64,000 nucleotides of DNA from Sphagnum compactum (lineage: Eukaryota): contig OZ234493.1 in assembly GCA_965153455.1 (NCBI GenBank), positions 24,790,213-24,854,212 on the forward strand. The letters run 5' to 3'. Positions within the stretch are counted from its first letter, which is position 1. Each line of letters starts with the position of its first letter. Below, piece after piece: positions 25,637 to 38,490 of this stretch. The position numbers and the translations under genes are program-made. Under the pieces are notes generated by a model. It made no database searches, had not been told where the DNA came from, and was given only the letters and a program-made list of their open reading frames with translations.

Positions 25637-28600
25637 TTGGAGTGAGTAGAGAGAACAAATTAGCAGCAAGTCTAATAACACAACAACAACAACACAAAGG
25701 ACAAAAACAACAGCAGAAAGGACTCCTTTTTTAAGTTATCTGAAGACTTAGCATTGCACACCCCTTATGGCCAGTCTGCTGCAATTATTCAATCATGGGA
25801 TTGTCTAAGGCTCAAGAAATCAATATCTTTGTTGCTGCAAATGCTTGAAGCCCACCACCATCATATGGAATTGTGCTGTTGCTCTACTCTCTCTATGACC
25901 CCATCAATCTTGTAAATCAGGGCCACAACTGAACTGAACTGAACTGAACAGATGAGTCATAAGTCATAACAGGCTTTTTCAATTGGATGGTGTGCTGGTG
26001 GCTGTTGGTTTCACTTTGGCCCCCCCCCTTTGATGCTGGAAGTACTCATCAGCTTTGGGCATGAGGTCCACTACTGTAACTGCACCACCACAAAACAGGT
26101 GCAAAATAGTAATAATAATAAGATATTGGTGCTCAAGTCAATGGATCAGGAGTTTTTCAGAGAGAAAAAAAAGGCCCCAAGTGGAGGAAACAACTTGCAG
26201 TTAAATTCACCATAGTTAGACCATAGGTTCTTCTTCTTCTTCTTGTATGTTGCCAATATAATAATTCTACTTTTCTCTCTGACCTCTAGCCAAATTTAAC
26301 CTGAGTCCTCTTGTGGATGATTGCCTGTCCACCTATAGTCAGTTACTCACAGAATTGAAAAAATAATAATAATAATCCCTGCATTGGGACTGAGTGTTCC
26401 TAGCACCCAGCAGTGCACCAGCCCTGTTTTTTGGACTGAGTGGATGAAACCTGGAATGGGTTTTTTTTTTTTAATAATTCTTACATTGCCTCCCTGACCC
26501 CCAATGATCATTCCTACCTTGCCTTCCTACCCACCCCCCTCCGTCTTACCTACCCCCTCCTAGCTACCTCCCTCCCTCCCCAACCGCAAAATACATGCTA
26601 CGGGATGATCTTCTTTTTCTTAGTTGTAGTGTGACCTAAAAACAATATCCAACATTTTTTGTAGATGAATGAAACAGGAACCCTAATTCAGCTGTGTGGC
26701 AGTTGATGCTAAAGCTGTTGTGCTTCAAGGATGTCGAAAGTTCAATTACTTGTTTTTCTGTTTTTGGCTTTGTTTGTTGTTTTGCAGGTTATTGTGGAGT
26801 GGCTTAGGTGAGCTGGTTTCGGTGATGGAGCAGGATCCTTGCTACTCAATTGAAAATCTTTATGGGGAGTGTGAGTCACGGTACTTGGAGACAATTGGTG
26901 CGAAACTTTCAAAGGAATGGAGGGAGGTGGACAAGGAGCAACTATATGAAGCTGGCTGAGGAAAAGGAGAGGAGGCAATTTTTCTTTTGGGAGTGGGAGA
27001 AGCTAAGTTCCGATGTTGCTTGTTAGGAAGGTGGCATTTGTTTCGATTTGGATTGTACTTAGTTGAGGACGAAAGTCCCTCTGGATTTTTCTTTTCTTGA
27101 ACTTTATGCTTGATCTTTCATTGTGCCAAGAGCGTCAAGAAGGAATTAAAAGGTTTAGCATTTGCATTTTAAGGACCAGAGCAAGGGAAATGATGAAAGA
27201 GTCTAGGATTTCAAGAGCGGTTGTAATGGCAACCATCATCTTTGACAGTTTGGGGGTCTTCAAGTGAATGTGTAATGTGGTCCATTCTGAGAAGAAAGTA
27301 CCTATGATATAATGGGAGCTCTGGGAATTTTGGAACAAGAGGATACTATGAGGTGTAGAAGATCACATCCACCCGCTCTGTTCTTAGTCTCTGTCCAACT
27401 TCTGAGAGAAACCACGTAATGATGTTGGGGTTGCACTTGTGGGATTTCTATTGTTGAAGGATGAGCTGCCACACTCATTAAGCAACCAATTGGCTCCTTG
27501 AGAGGAAATCAAGAGAGGTCTGATCCCTTAAGGTCCATAGAACTAAAATAACAAAGTTTGATGATTGGAAGGATTTGGGTTTAGAAATAACACCTGTAGT
27601 AACCTTCTTTGTGTTATTTGGAAATTCTAGCAAATCTTGTTACATTTGTATTCAAAATGTTTGGGATTTCCATCCCAAAATCATCATACCCTTTCTTTTG
27701 GTGATAGTAGCAACAATGTAAGCACCAACAACCCACTTTGATGATCTTCTTTTTCTTCGTTGTAGTAACAACACAAACACCAACAACTTGCGTTGGTAAT
27801 CTTCATTGCAGCATGCGACCACCAACAGCTTGCATTAGTGATCTTTTTTTTTGCAATGTAATGCACAAACACCAACAACCCACACTAGTGATGGTCTACT
27901 TCTTCATTGCAATAATGCGTGCTACAACTTCCTTCTTCATTAGTTTGAGTGACCTATCGCCCATAATCGCACCAATTTTGTTTCGGATGAACTATGGCTC
28001 ATCTCACTTATTGAATTTGATGCAATCAGAGAGGTTTAGTCAGACTTTTTTCTTTTCCCACCCCTTTAATTATCAATTTCTTTTCCATCCACGTACCTAC
28101 CCTATTCGCCTAGCTACAAAACTACCCATTCACCCACATTACCCACCTACCCTAGTCACCCAAGCTACCTATCTTTTCATTTTTTCAAAAAAAATTCTTT
28201 CTTTTCTACCATGGCCACCACCATTACCACAACAACAAAGAGCTCTACCATCATCGTCACTATTGCCACAAGTTGTGGGCTATTGAAGGTAATGTAACAA
28301 GGTGAAGGCATGAGGATGGTTGTGGGGTGAAGGCATGATGTGGGTTTGGCAAAGATAGTTATGGGGTGAAGGTGTGAGATGAAGGTATGTATTTTGTCTC
28401 TATGTCTATGCTCAGGTTATTGTAGGTCCATTTGCTATTCTATGCATTCCAGAGAAAATGTTTTTGGTTGTTTTTCTATTTCATGTAGAAGGCAACTTCT
28501 TTCCTATTGCATTTGTTGTTTAGGGCATTTATTTCTTGTTCTTTTTTTTCAAGAAGATGACAATGAGCCCAATTGTCATCTTCTGGTTGATATGTCTATA

Positions 28601-30664
28601 GAAGATGACACGAAGCTTGCTATGCGTGTCTTCATCTTTTTTCTTGGTTCTACAAAATTCATCAATGAATTGGGCTTCTTGTTGTTTTCAAGTTTTTTTT
28701 TGTTGTTGTTTTAGAAAAGATGATGATGAAATGGCTTGTCATTAACTTCTTTCCTGGTTCTACAAAAGATGACAATGATGCTCATTGTCATTTTTTAGTT
28801 TTCTTTGTTGTTGTGTTGCATAAAACAATGATGTTTTTCTTGGTTATACAATAGATGACACATGACAATTTTTTTTAAATCAAATTTTTGGCGATGATGT
28901 TTAAGCCTTTAAAAATTCAAAGGCTTGATAATATTTTTAAAATTTCAAGTATTTTTAATTTTTAAAATTCAAATTAATTATATAACTTATTATTATTATT
29001 ATTCAATTAATTTAATAAAAATTATACATTTTAAAAAATATTGGCTTATAAGCCTTTAAATATAATCAGCAGCATTAGTTGTTGTTGCTAGTAGTGGCAA
29101 CAACATTGATCAACCTTGATATTATGGCAATTGTTAATACTACAAGTTGTTTGCGTGTGCATAAGAAGATTGCAACAAGTCACAATTGATTGAATGAAGT
29201 TGCAACAAGTAAGTTGCCATCCCATTTTGTATATTTTTTACAATTGTTTATTCTTGGGGGAGCTTGAGCCCCCTAATAGTTACAATTGATGGTTATTGTC
29301 ACCATTACTGCAAAGCTTCAAGTTTTTTTTCTTTTGGATTGATTATCGTCAAAGGAATTGTGTGTTTTCTTTATGACGTGCTTGTTAATGAAGATGAAAT
29401 TGTTGAACTAGAAGTAGATGAAGGAACAAAAAACATTAATTAACCATTGTTTATTTTTTAGGATTGCACATCCTCAGAAGAAAACCTAGATGCCAAACAA
29501 AGGCATCAATTAACAATAATCAACAACAAATGAGTGTTATAATAAATGAGGAACAAATTAAAGGAGACCAAAGAATTGTTATATATACACTTGTTATTGA
29601 TGTTAAATCTCTTATGATGAATTATGTGTTTCACATGTTAGGGTTTAGAAGAATTTAATGTAACACAAACATTTCGAATAAAAAGTCTCATCTCATCTTC
29701 ATTCTTTATTCCATAGTGAAGATGGGTAAATTTTTGACTATTTTTTTCCAAACAATACCCGTATGTTTAAATATGTGTTTTTCCCACATAATACCAAATA
29801 ATACCCAAAAATAATGGGTGTAGGTTTTGATTACAATACTCTCATCATGTTTACCATCCGCTTGTTGGTTTGATTGTAATACCCTCATATTGTTTACCAT
29901 TCACTTGTTGGTCTAATTGTAATACCTTCATGGTGTATAAATGAATATTTGATTTTTTGGGGCAATATTCACATCCATTTGATAATGATATTATTTTTGT
30001 AGGGGTTGAGATGACTTTTCATGAAAGTGATCATGGAAAAATCTCACCAAAACATGTAATGGAAAATGTAGATTGGGTGCATGAAGGGTCAAGGTGGGTG
30101 TGTACATTTGATGCATGCATTAATAGTAATACGGCTAATGGTTATTCCACTAACATTTTAGACAACATACATGGGCTTCACATGGAAGTAGGTAAATTTG
30201 GCCATCTTTCTACTTGTCTTGGGGGGCCAAGATAACAAAACCATCATGCCATGAATGTTTGCATTTTGAGCAACTTGCAAGCATGACAAACTCGTAATGA
30301 AAAGAATGCAATTGATTGAGTGAAGAAAAAAGTTGAAACCAAGTGGGGTTGATTTCAAATTGAAACATAACACCTCAAAGAGGTTCAACAACTTTTATTA
30401 GTAAAAATAGTTTTTAACAAATAATTACACATCATTAACATACTTATGTGGGAGGTGGGGTTTATTTTATGTAATGTCTTTTCACAAATTGAAAAGGATG
30501 ATGATCTTGTTGAAACAATTCTAGTGAGTAAGGTTGGTTACACAAAGTTTTTTAAGCTCACTTGGGATGCTTGCAATTGGAATTCCAAATTCACCAACAG
30601 CAAGAAAGAAAAAGAGATGCAAGCGATGTGTACGTACCATGAATTGGAAATGATTCGTGGTTAG

Positions 30665-31180
30665 TAAGTTTTGCAAAAAAATAAGGTTTAACTAAGAAGA
30701 AATTGAGGTTTTGTTAAAAGGTAAAGGTTTAACCAAAAAATATAATTTTTTTGGAAAATCATAGAAATTTAACCAAGAAGTAGAAATATTTGGCCAAGAA
30801 ATAAAATTATTTAACCAAGAAGTTTAAGGGTTTTGATGGGATGTAAAAATAAAGCCAAATAATAAAGAAGGTTAACTAGGAAAAGAAAGAGTTTTTGTCA
30901 AGAAACAAAAAGGCTTTGTTAAGAAGTAGAGGTTTAGCCAAGAAGATATAAAGGTTTTGGCAAAAAATAGAAGTTTAACCAAGAAAAAATAAAGGTTTTG
31001 CTAAGAGTTGAAGATTAACCACGGAAAAAAAAGGTTTTGTCAAAAGGCAATGGTTTAGCAAGGAAAATATAGGGGCTTTTCCAAGCAATAGAGGTTTACC
31101 ATGAAAAGACATATGTTTTGTTGAAGGTTTTGCTAAGAAATAAAAATTTAGCCAATAAATAAAAAGGTTTTGCCAAGAAT
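30665..31180. repeat. Degenerate short-period (about 20-22 bp) A-rich tandem repeat
   Basis: GGTTTTGCCAAGAA-like and GGTTTAACCAAGAA-like units alternate over about 500 bp. Confidence 0.65.
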
Positions 31181-34100
31181 GAAAAAAAAACTATGAACTA
31201 TGATTAGAAATGAATTTTGAGGTAGGTTTTTTTGAACAATCATTCAGTGGTTGTGGAAACTTCTTCAATGGCAATGAGTGCTTTTGTAAAATGAAATAAA
31301 ATTCAAACAAAATTTTTGGTTGATAACATGGATCGAAGAATATGGATGGGGATTCCAACTTAGAAAAGAAAGGTTGTTGTTGTCAAATGTTGAAGGTAAT
31401 CCAATCGTGTTGGGCTATTCATTTGCTGTTTTGGCTATGGTTGTAGATGTTTCCAGATATGGGAATTTTAGACATGATATGCTTGTATTCAATTTGGTGT
31501 TGATTGATGGACCTTATAAGGAGGCCATGGTACAAATGTTGGAGGATGGACAAGTGAAGGGATAAATCTTGGTGTAGTAGCAAAATATTCTAGTGGATTT
31601 CAATGTTGGTCTTCGGAGAAGTCTTGAGTTTTTGGTTTGAGTAAGCATGTGGATGGATACATTGTAGATAGGTGCAATACTTTGCAATGTATCAAACAAC
31701 TAAATTGGAACATGGAAGGATAGTGATGAGAATTCTAGGCTTGCCATGGTTTGGGTGAGGATTGGGATTGTGGAAAACTTCAAGATATTGGGCATTGGGT
31801 GGAGTAGCATATTGCATAAGTAGTGTGTTTTGGATGTGTCTTATGTTTTAACTTGATTAGAGTTTGGTGTTTGGTGAAATTTGCAATAACCTTGTGGGTT
31901 GTAGATGTGTATCATGAGTCACAAAGTTGTTGGATGAGATGATCAAATGAAGTCAATGAGTAGTGAATATTGTGAGACATTTGGATTGTGCTATGGAAGA
32001 TTTTAAGGTGTCATAATGTACATGAATTGGGTTTCTTGAAGTGGATGTTGATTAGAACAACAAATCTTCTAGAGGAGCTAGGAGTCGTAATTAAAATTAT
32101 GTAGCTTGTTGAGGTGTGTTTATGTTGGAGTTGAAGTCTAAGTAATGTGATGTCTCGTGTGAGATTCAATCAAGTGGTAGAACAACTATATTGGTGGGGA
32201 ACACCATTCATTGTTGTGAGATTGAAGTTCTATGGTACCTCTTGTTTTTTTGTGTTGTATGGTAGTGTTCTCAATCATATATCTAGTGTGTTTGCGTGAT
32301 TGGATCTCTTAGATGTAAGGATGAAAATGGATGTTAGTTGGAACATTGGATTGAGTGGCATTTCCAACATTGTGGGCTTGGGCAACGAGGCGCATAACTA
32401 CATTGGTGCAAGATAGAATTTAACCTCTTTCATTTTGAAATATGTTACTAGTTGTGCATATTGATAACAATTAGTTTCTTGATATTTCATAATTTACTTG
32501 ACTCTAAATAAAATCTGCAACTACCTAATGAAAGTGTGATTAGTGCTTTTGTGATTTTACATTAGGTTTTGTATTTGTAACCTTTCCTTTTTGGTTACAG
32601 AACAAGCTAATAATGCGTAGGACTTATAAGCATTAGGGTTTTGTAAAAACCTTCCAATAAATTCTTCCTATAGTTGGAGGAGTGCTTACAACACTTAAGA
32701 TCCCTCAATGCATTTTGGAAAACAAGATGCTCACAAGATTGGGAGATGAAACACCCATTCTTGTGTGCATTTCATTCTCCAAAATTTCGTGATGCAATTA
32801 ATGCCCTTGAGCCGGGGTGATTACCCTACACAAAGCTATAGAGACTGTACAGCTTCAAATTTTCTTTTTTAAATGGCACTTGGAGGAGTGAATTTTCCAA
32901 TAAATCAGCAATTTAGAAAGTAATTTAATGACCACGGAATCTGTTACGACACTACAATAGTAACTTGCGTTCTTTTAATGACAAATTAACATGAAATTGT
33001 ATTGTGCATGTGCTGAGCACATCTCAGCCCACACGCTGTATTTGGGCTTCTATCAATGTTTACCACATCCCACATACAGTGTTCATTATTCCCCCATCCC
33101 CCACCCACAAACGTGAAAAAGTGGACGGTATGCAGTGAGACACTATTTACATGACACCACTGAATGCCTCAATAAGAAAGTAGTTTCTGACTCACTACCC
33201 TAAAATGTGAACCCTAGAACTCTAAATTTCTAGTTCTGAAACAGATGGCTCATGATTAGAGACTCGACTCCAAATGGATGGATACTGCTGTATCCTTTGT
33301 CGGGAGCAAAGGAATTTGCAAAATGCAGCAACAACCTTGATTGTGAATTGCCACCATATTCACCCACCAGGTCTGAGTCCACCTCCTACTGCACCTCCAA
33401 AACACCTGCTGGCACTTATCTCCTATTGGCAGAATTTGTAGCACTTTCCCTTGTGGTAGGTAACATATCTTGCTTTCTTTAGCTTTATGGATTTTCACAT
33501 CTTTCATCTGTGCCAAACCACCAAAAAAATAAATTCTGTCAGGTTTACAGCAGTTGGACTATAGACGCCATCCCTCCAGCCTCCTTCTCCTCTGAGTTAT
33601 CTCTCTGCTTGCTGTCCTCATCATGGAAGGACCCCTTATGATAATCAGAGTGTGAGAAATGAAGAGACAAGGTCTTAAACCACTGCTTTGCTCCTTAGGA
33701 GTGTCACAATGTACTCCTCCCTCTTAGCATGTGATTTTCTCTTGAGTCTCCTCCTCACCAAACATGCATTGCATTCTGCCTCGAGAAGCTATAAATCAAT
33801 TTGTGATGTGCCGTGTGTTGAGTACAGTCGCAGAAGGATTTCAGTGCCAGAGAAGGAATCTGGATATTAATGGATCAATCCAATGAGTCTGGTTTGTTTG
33901 TTCCTCCTCTTGCTGCTGTTTGCATGATACTACTCAGATCAAAGAGAGTGGCCTGATGATGAAGCTTCCTGCAAAATACAATCCGCTTGCATTCTGGTTT
34001 GGAAGATTCTTAGCCAATTTACCCTCAGTCTACCCTCCAAAGGGTGGACTTCAGTCTTCTACTTCAACACGGCATGTCTTCTAATCAAGCACACCCTCAT

Positions 34101-34196
34101 GTCCAAATTATCAGATGGAATATAAGGGGATTGACGTGCTGTAAACAAGAGAACTATTCCAGGGCCATTGAGAAGAAAAACTTGCGGCATTCTCTC

Positions 34197-36566
34197 TCAC
34201 CAATAATCCCTGCAAGAACAATAACCATCCTCGAAGTGATGAAAGCGATGGGCATCCCTAACAATGATTGTTCTCCCAACTATTCTCGAAATAAATTTGG
34301 TAGCAGTGTGGCAGTCACCACAAATGCGCAAATTCTTGAAAATGCGAAGTGAAGTGCCAGGAGGAGTGCTGATAAGTCCAAATGCAATGGCCAGCTTCTC
34401 ACTGTGATAACACAATTGAAGTGCCTTTTCTTCTTCATCTACATCATGTAACACAAATCTGGTATCTGGTACATATCCTATCTCCTCCATCTGTGCAGAC
34501 AACTTCCTTAATTTTGCATGGATTTCAGTGATATGAGGATGTCCTTGGTCATCTACCATAAATGAATGCATCTCATTATTCACCTCAATCCAAGTGCGCC
34601 CTGGTTCTTTCTTCACTCCCCTTTCTAGCCTCTGACATTGAATATCTGCACTGATATCCCACTTGCCAGCAGCAGCATAGATGTTTGATAGCAGCACATA
34701 GCCTGCAGAATTTCCAGGATCCAAGTCAATAACTTCTTTTGCAATCCGCTCTCCCATCTCCACATTTCCACAAACTCTGCAAGCACCAAGCAAAGCCTTC
34801 CACACAGCAACATTGGGTTCAAAAGGCATTGTCTTGATGAGATCCTCTGCCTCGTCCAGATGGCCAGCACGGCCAAGAAGATCAACCATGCAGGCATAGT
34901 GCTCCACTGTTGAAGAAATACCATAAACTAATCCCATGGATTCATAGTAGTGCATGCCTTCATCAACAAGGCCCAGATGGCTACAAGCTGACAAAAGAGC
35001 AACAAGAGTGACATTGTCTACCTCTACACCTTCTTTGCACATCCTTTCAAGAAGCTCAAGAGCTTCTTTAGCAAGCCCATGCATGGCATATCCTCCAAGC
35101 ATAGTATTCCAAGCAACAACATCACGTGTGGTCATCTTGTTGAAAACTTTCTGTGCATCATCTATGACCCCACATTTGGAATACATGTCAATGAGGCTAT
35201 TCGCCACAAAGACATCAGAGCCCAAACCGTTTTGAATTATCTGTTCCTGAACACACCTGCCTTCATTGAGTGATGCTACACTGGCACATGCATTGAGAAC
35301 TGCCAAAAAAGTGGCACGGTCTGGCTCTGCCCCTTCTTCGCATTGCATTCTTTGAAACAATTCCAATGCCTCTTGCGCTTGCCCAGATTTCACATGTGCC
35401 AGAATCATAGCATTATAAGACACCACATCTCGTGCATCCATCTTGTTGAAAACTTTCCTTGCATCTGCTAAGCTCCCACATTTGGCATACATGTCAATGA
35501 GTCCACTCTCCACAAAAATATTGCACTCACAGCCAGATTGAATGATCTGTGCATGAATCTGTCTGCCTGATTCAAGTGCTCGTAAACTAGCACATGCATT
35601 GAGCAACTGCACAAATGTGAAGCTGTCTGGGATCAAGCCCTCTTGTTGCATTTGTGCAAAAAGATCCAATGCCTTGTGATGTAAGCCTGCCTTGACATAT
35701 CGTGCAAGCCTCAAATTCCATGGGAAAATATTCAGTTGCACAGTTCCTGGCACCATTGTAGCTATCTCTGCTTCTACCCATGAGGGTTTGAATTTATCAC
35801 TGAGCCAGAGTCCTTCCCGTGTCTTCTTGTGTTTGAAATCAGGATATCTTGGATTTGCCTATGACCAGAAGAATACAAAATCCAGTGGCTGATCAGCTCC
35901 TTAGCTACTACCACACTCCTCTATTCACAGCAGCTTTTGTGAACACCAGAGTGCACACACTGGGTCCTTTTCTCAACGTACTGACTTGCTACAAGAAACA
36001 AAGAAAATTGCAACATCTTAAAAGAAACAGCTCTCATTTTACCTTCTCTGACCTATGATCCCACCATTGTGAAGGATCTGAGAAGAACTCCCGCCAAAGT
36101 TTCTCCACACTCTTTCTTTTCTGACCTGCCATGCAAATAACACACAGGAAAAAATTAATGGGTGTGCAAAATTCAGCCAGCAAATTGGCAAATCTTAACT
36201 GAGAGACCACGCAAATCCATACATACATCGTCTAAACGACTTCCAGGCCCGGCAATGAAACGGTAGTAGCAACACAAATGTGAGAACAGTAAAAAGGGGG
36301 AAAACTTAACCACCGCCATGGCCTCTCAGCGGCGCCTTGATTTCGACCCATTGCACCACGAGGAGAGCGACAGGGGACGCATCAGAATGCACCTGAATTC
36401 GTTGGATATGATGGCGCACAGGCTGCTGCTGCCGCTGTAAACGGACTCCTGGTAACAGTATTCTATCCTCCTTCCTTTCTCTCGATGTAGCAGCATTCTT
36501 GTACTGCAGAGATGGTGCGAAATTCCCCGCAGTCACCCCTTGCACTTCCCTCGGCAATGAAACCAT
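34197..36566 (-). CDS. PLS-class PPR protein with E1-E2-DYW deaminase domain (organellar C-to-U RNA-editing factor) and an N-terminal OSB-type PDF motif; 3 exons, start codon uncertain
   Basis: The main exon 35858-34197 encodes 9 PLS repeats, E motifs, a PG box (PGRTWIEV), HSEKLA, CGDCH and terminal DYW. Upstream exons 36125-36043 (phase 1 to 0) and about 36566-36311 (phase 1) splice in frame via GT-AG introns. Confidence 0.93.
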
Positions 36567-38490
36567 TTCCTCCGTCCGTCCCCACACACTCCCCAACCCC
36601 AAGTTCTCAAAACATCAACGACACTCCTCCGTGACTCCCCCCCAACACGCACTCTCCTCCCTCTCACGCCAACATCAACAACACAAACATCATCGCCACC
36701 CACCACCTTCCATCAAACCGTCGATGACGACGACAACAATACGACGCCACAGACATCGCCACCGCCCCCACCTTCAAGCAAACCCATCAACAACGCAATA
36801 GAGACAAAACCTCACCAAGACCCCCACCAAAAGAACCACATCTTCTGGGCACGGTTCCAGTTAGAGGCGGCTAAAACTCACCCGCCATACTTCAGGGTCT
36901 GTTCTTAGGGTCAGATCTAGCAAGGAGACCGCCCCCGCCTATTTATAACGCAACTTTTTGCTTTCTCTCCAGTCTCTTGGATCTTGACTTGAGGGACCCA
37001 CCCTAGCGAAGGCCGGGTGGGTATACCCTCTCTAACTGGTACAGCGCTCAACGAGTCCACCACTTCCTCCCTCTCTTTATCGTTGTTTTGGTTTTTCGTG
37101 GCATGGCGAAGTGCGTGCGTGCGAGCGAGCACGATGTTTGCTTGAGGCCGTGGTTCTTCGACGTCCTCCTGCTTCTGTGTTTTTTTGGTTGGTGAGTACC
37201 TATGTGTATCCGTTTGTTGTCAAATTCTCTCTGTTTTGTTGTTCTTTTGATTGATGCTTTGTTTTTGGTCAATTTTTTCTTTGGAAGATATAACTGCAGC
37301 AAAATGTTCCTCACAATTGCAACAATCTTCTCCGGTTCACCGGTTTTCCAAAGAAATAGAACAGAGCTGCAAGAATTCCACTCATATTATTATAAGAAAC
37401 GGAGAAACGTGAAATTTGTGAATTGTGTTGTAAATTTAGTCTATTTCTTCTGCCCTCTTGGTTTTGTGTTGTTGCTGGTGATGATGGAGGTGATGGTGGT
37501 GATAGTGGTGGTGGTGGTGCTACGGGAGCGGCTTTTTTGTGTTTGGTTTCATATGTGTCAGGTTCTTCAATTTGGTGTGCGTTTCTTGAATTTTATGCTT
37601 CCGCCATTCGTACGCGGTGCTGCAGCTGCGGAGTTTTTGTCGATTAACGCCAAGTTTTCTTTTGGAAGAAGAGTATCATTATCGTCGTCATTCAAGCTTA
37701 ATAACCTGTACCAATTTTCCACCTTCAATGCAAACAAGCAGTGGATGAGTTGGAATATTGGTTGTTAAACTCCATGAGTTCTGAGTTGAAATGAACAAGA
37801 AATTTCAACAGATTCATGTTTGGCACAATTGTCACTGGAATTCTTTGATGTCCGTTTGTTGTTGCAACTGTTATTAGCATCAACCTCGAAACTGGTAGTT
37901 TTGATTTGTATCATCTTCCTGGCTCACTTGAAAGTGGGTTTCAATGATCATGTGTTGTTACATTATTTGAGCATCTCTGTTGGCAATCTTTAACACATGA
38001 CATCTTCCTAATTCTGATTAGATTCATGTGGGCTTCTGTTGCCAAGGCATTGCATGATTGCAGGTGTTCAGGGGATGTAAATCGTAACCCTGTCTCCTGA
38101 CCACTATGATCAATGCGGTATGACCTCTCTCTCACCCTTCCTTCTCTCAAAAGCTGGACTGATTTGAAGGTTGGATTTTGGCTGATTGCCAACACATGCA
38201 TGCATGCAACAAGGTGTAATTTAAGTCTATATAGTTTTGAAAGAGCAAGAGTTTCTTGAACAAAGAGTCTGCAATGCAGGAAGATCCCAAGGGCTCTTTC
38301 TCTCCCTGTGTTGCTGTGACATAATTTGTTTGCCAAGTTTGTTGGTAATCTAATTTTAACTTAGCATGGAGATGTCATGGGACATAAGAGCTACAACAAT
38401 CGTTGGAACAGAGAAACCCTTCCAGTTGGTGTTGTGTTGATTTGACTTCATTCCTTGTGCAGCTTGAGACAGTCTTGACATTTGTGAACA

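Noticed and set aside
31200-32400. Possible decayed non-LTR retroelement coding remnant on the minus strand
   Set aside because: The strand bias is suggestive, but no diagnostic reverse transcriptase or endonuclease motif is readable.
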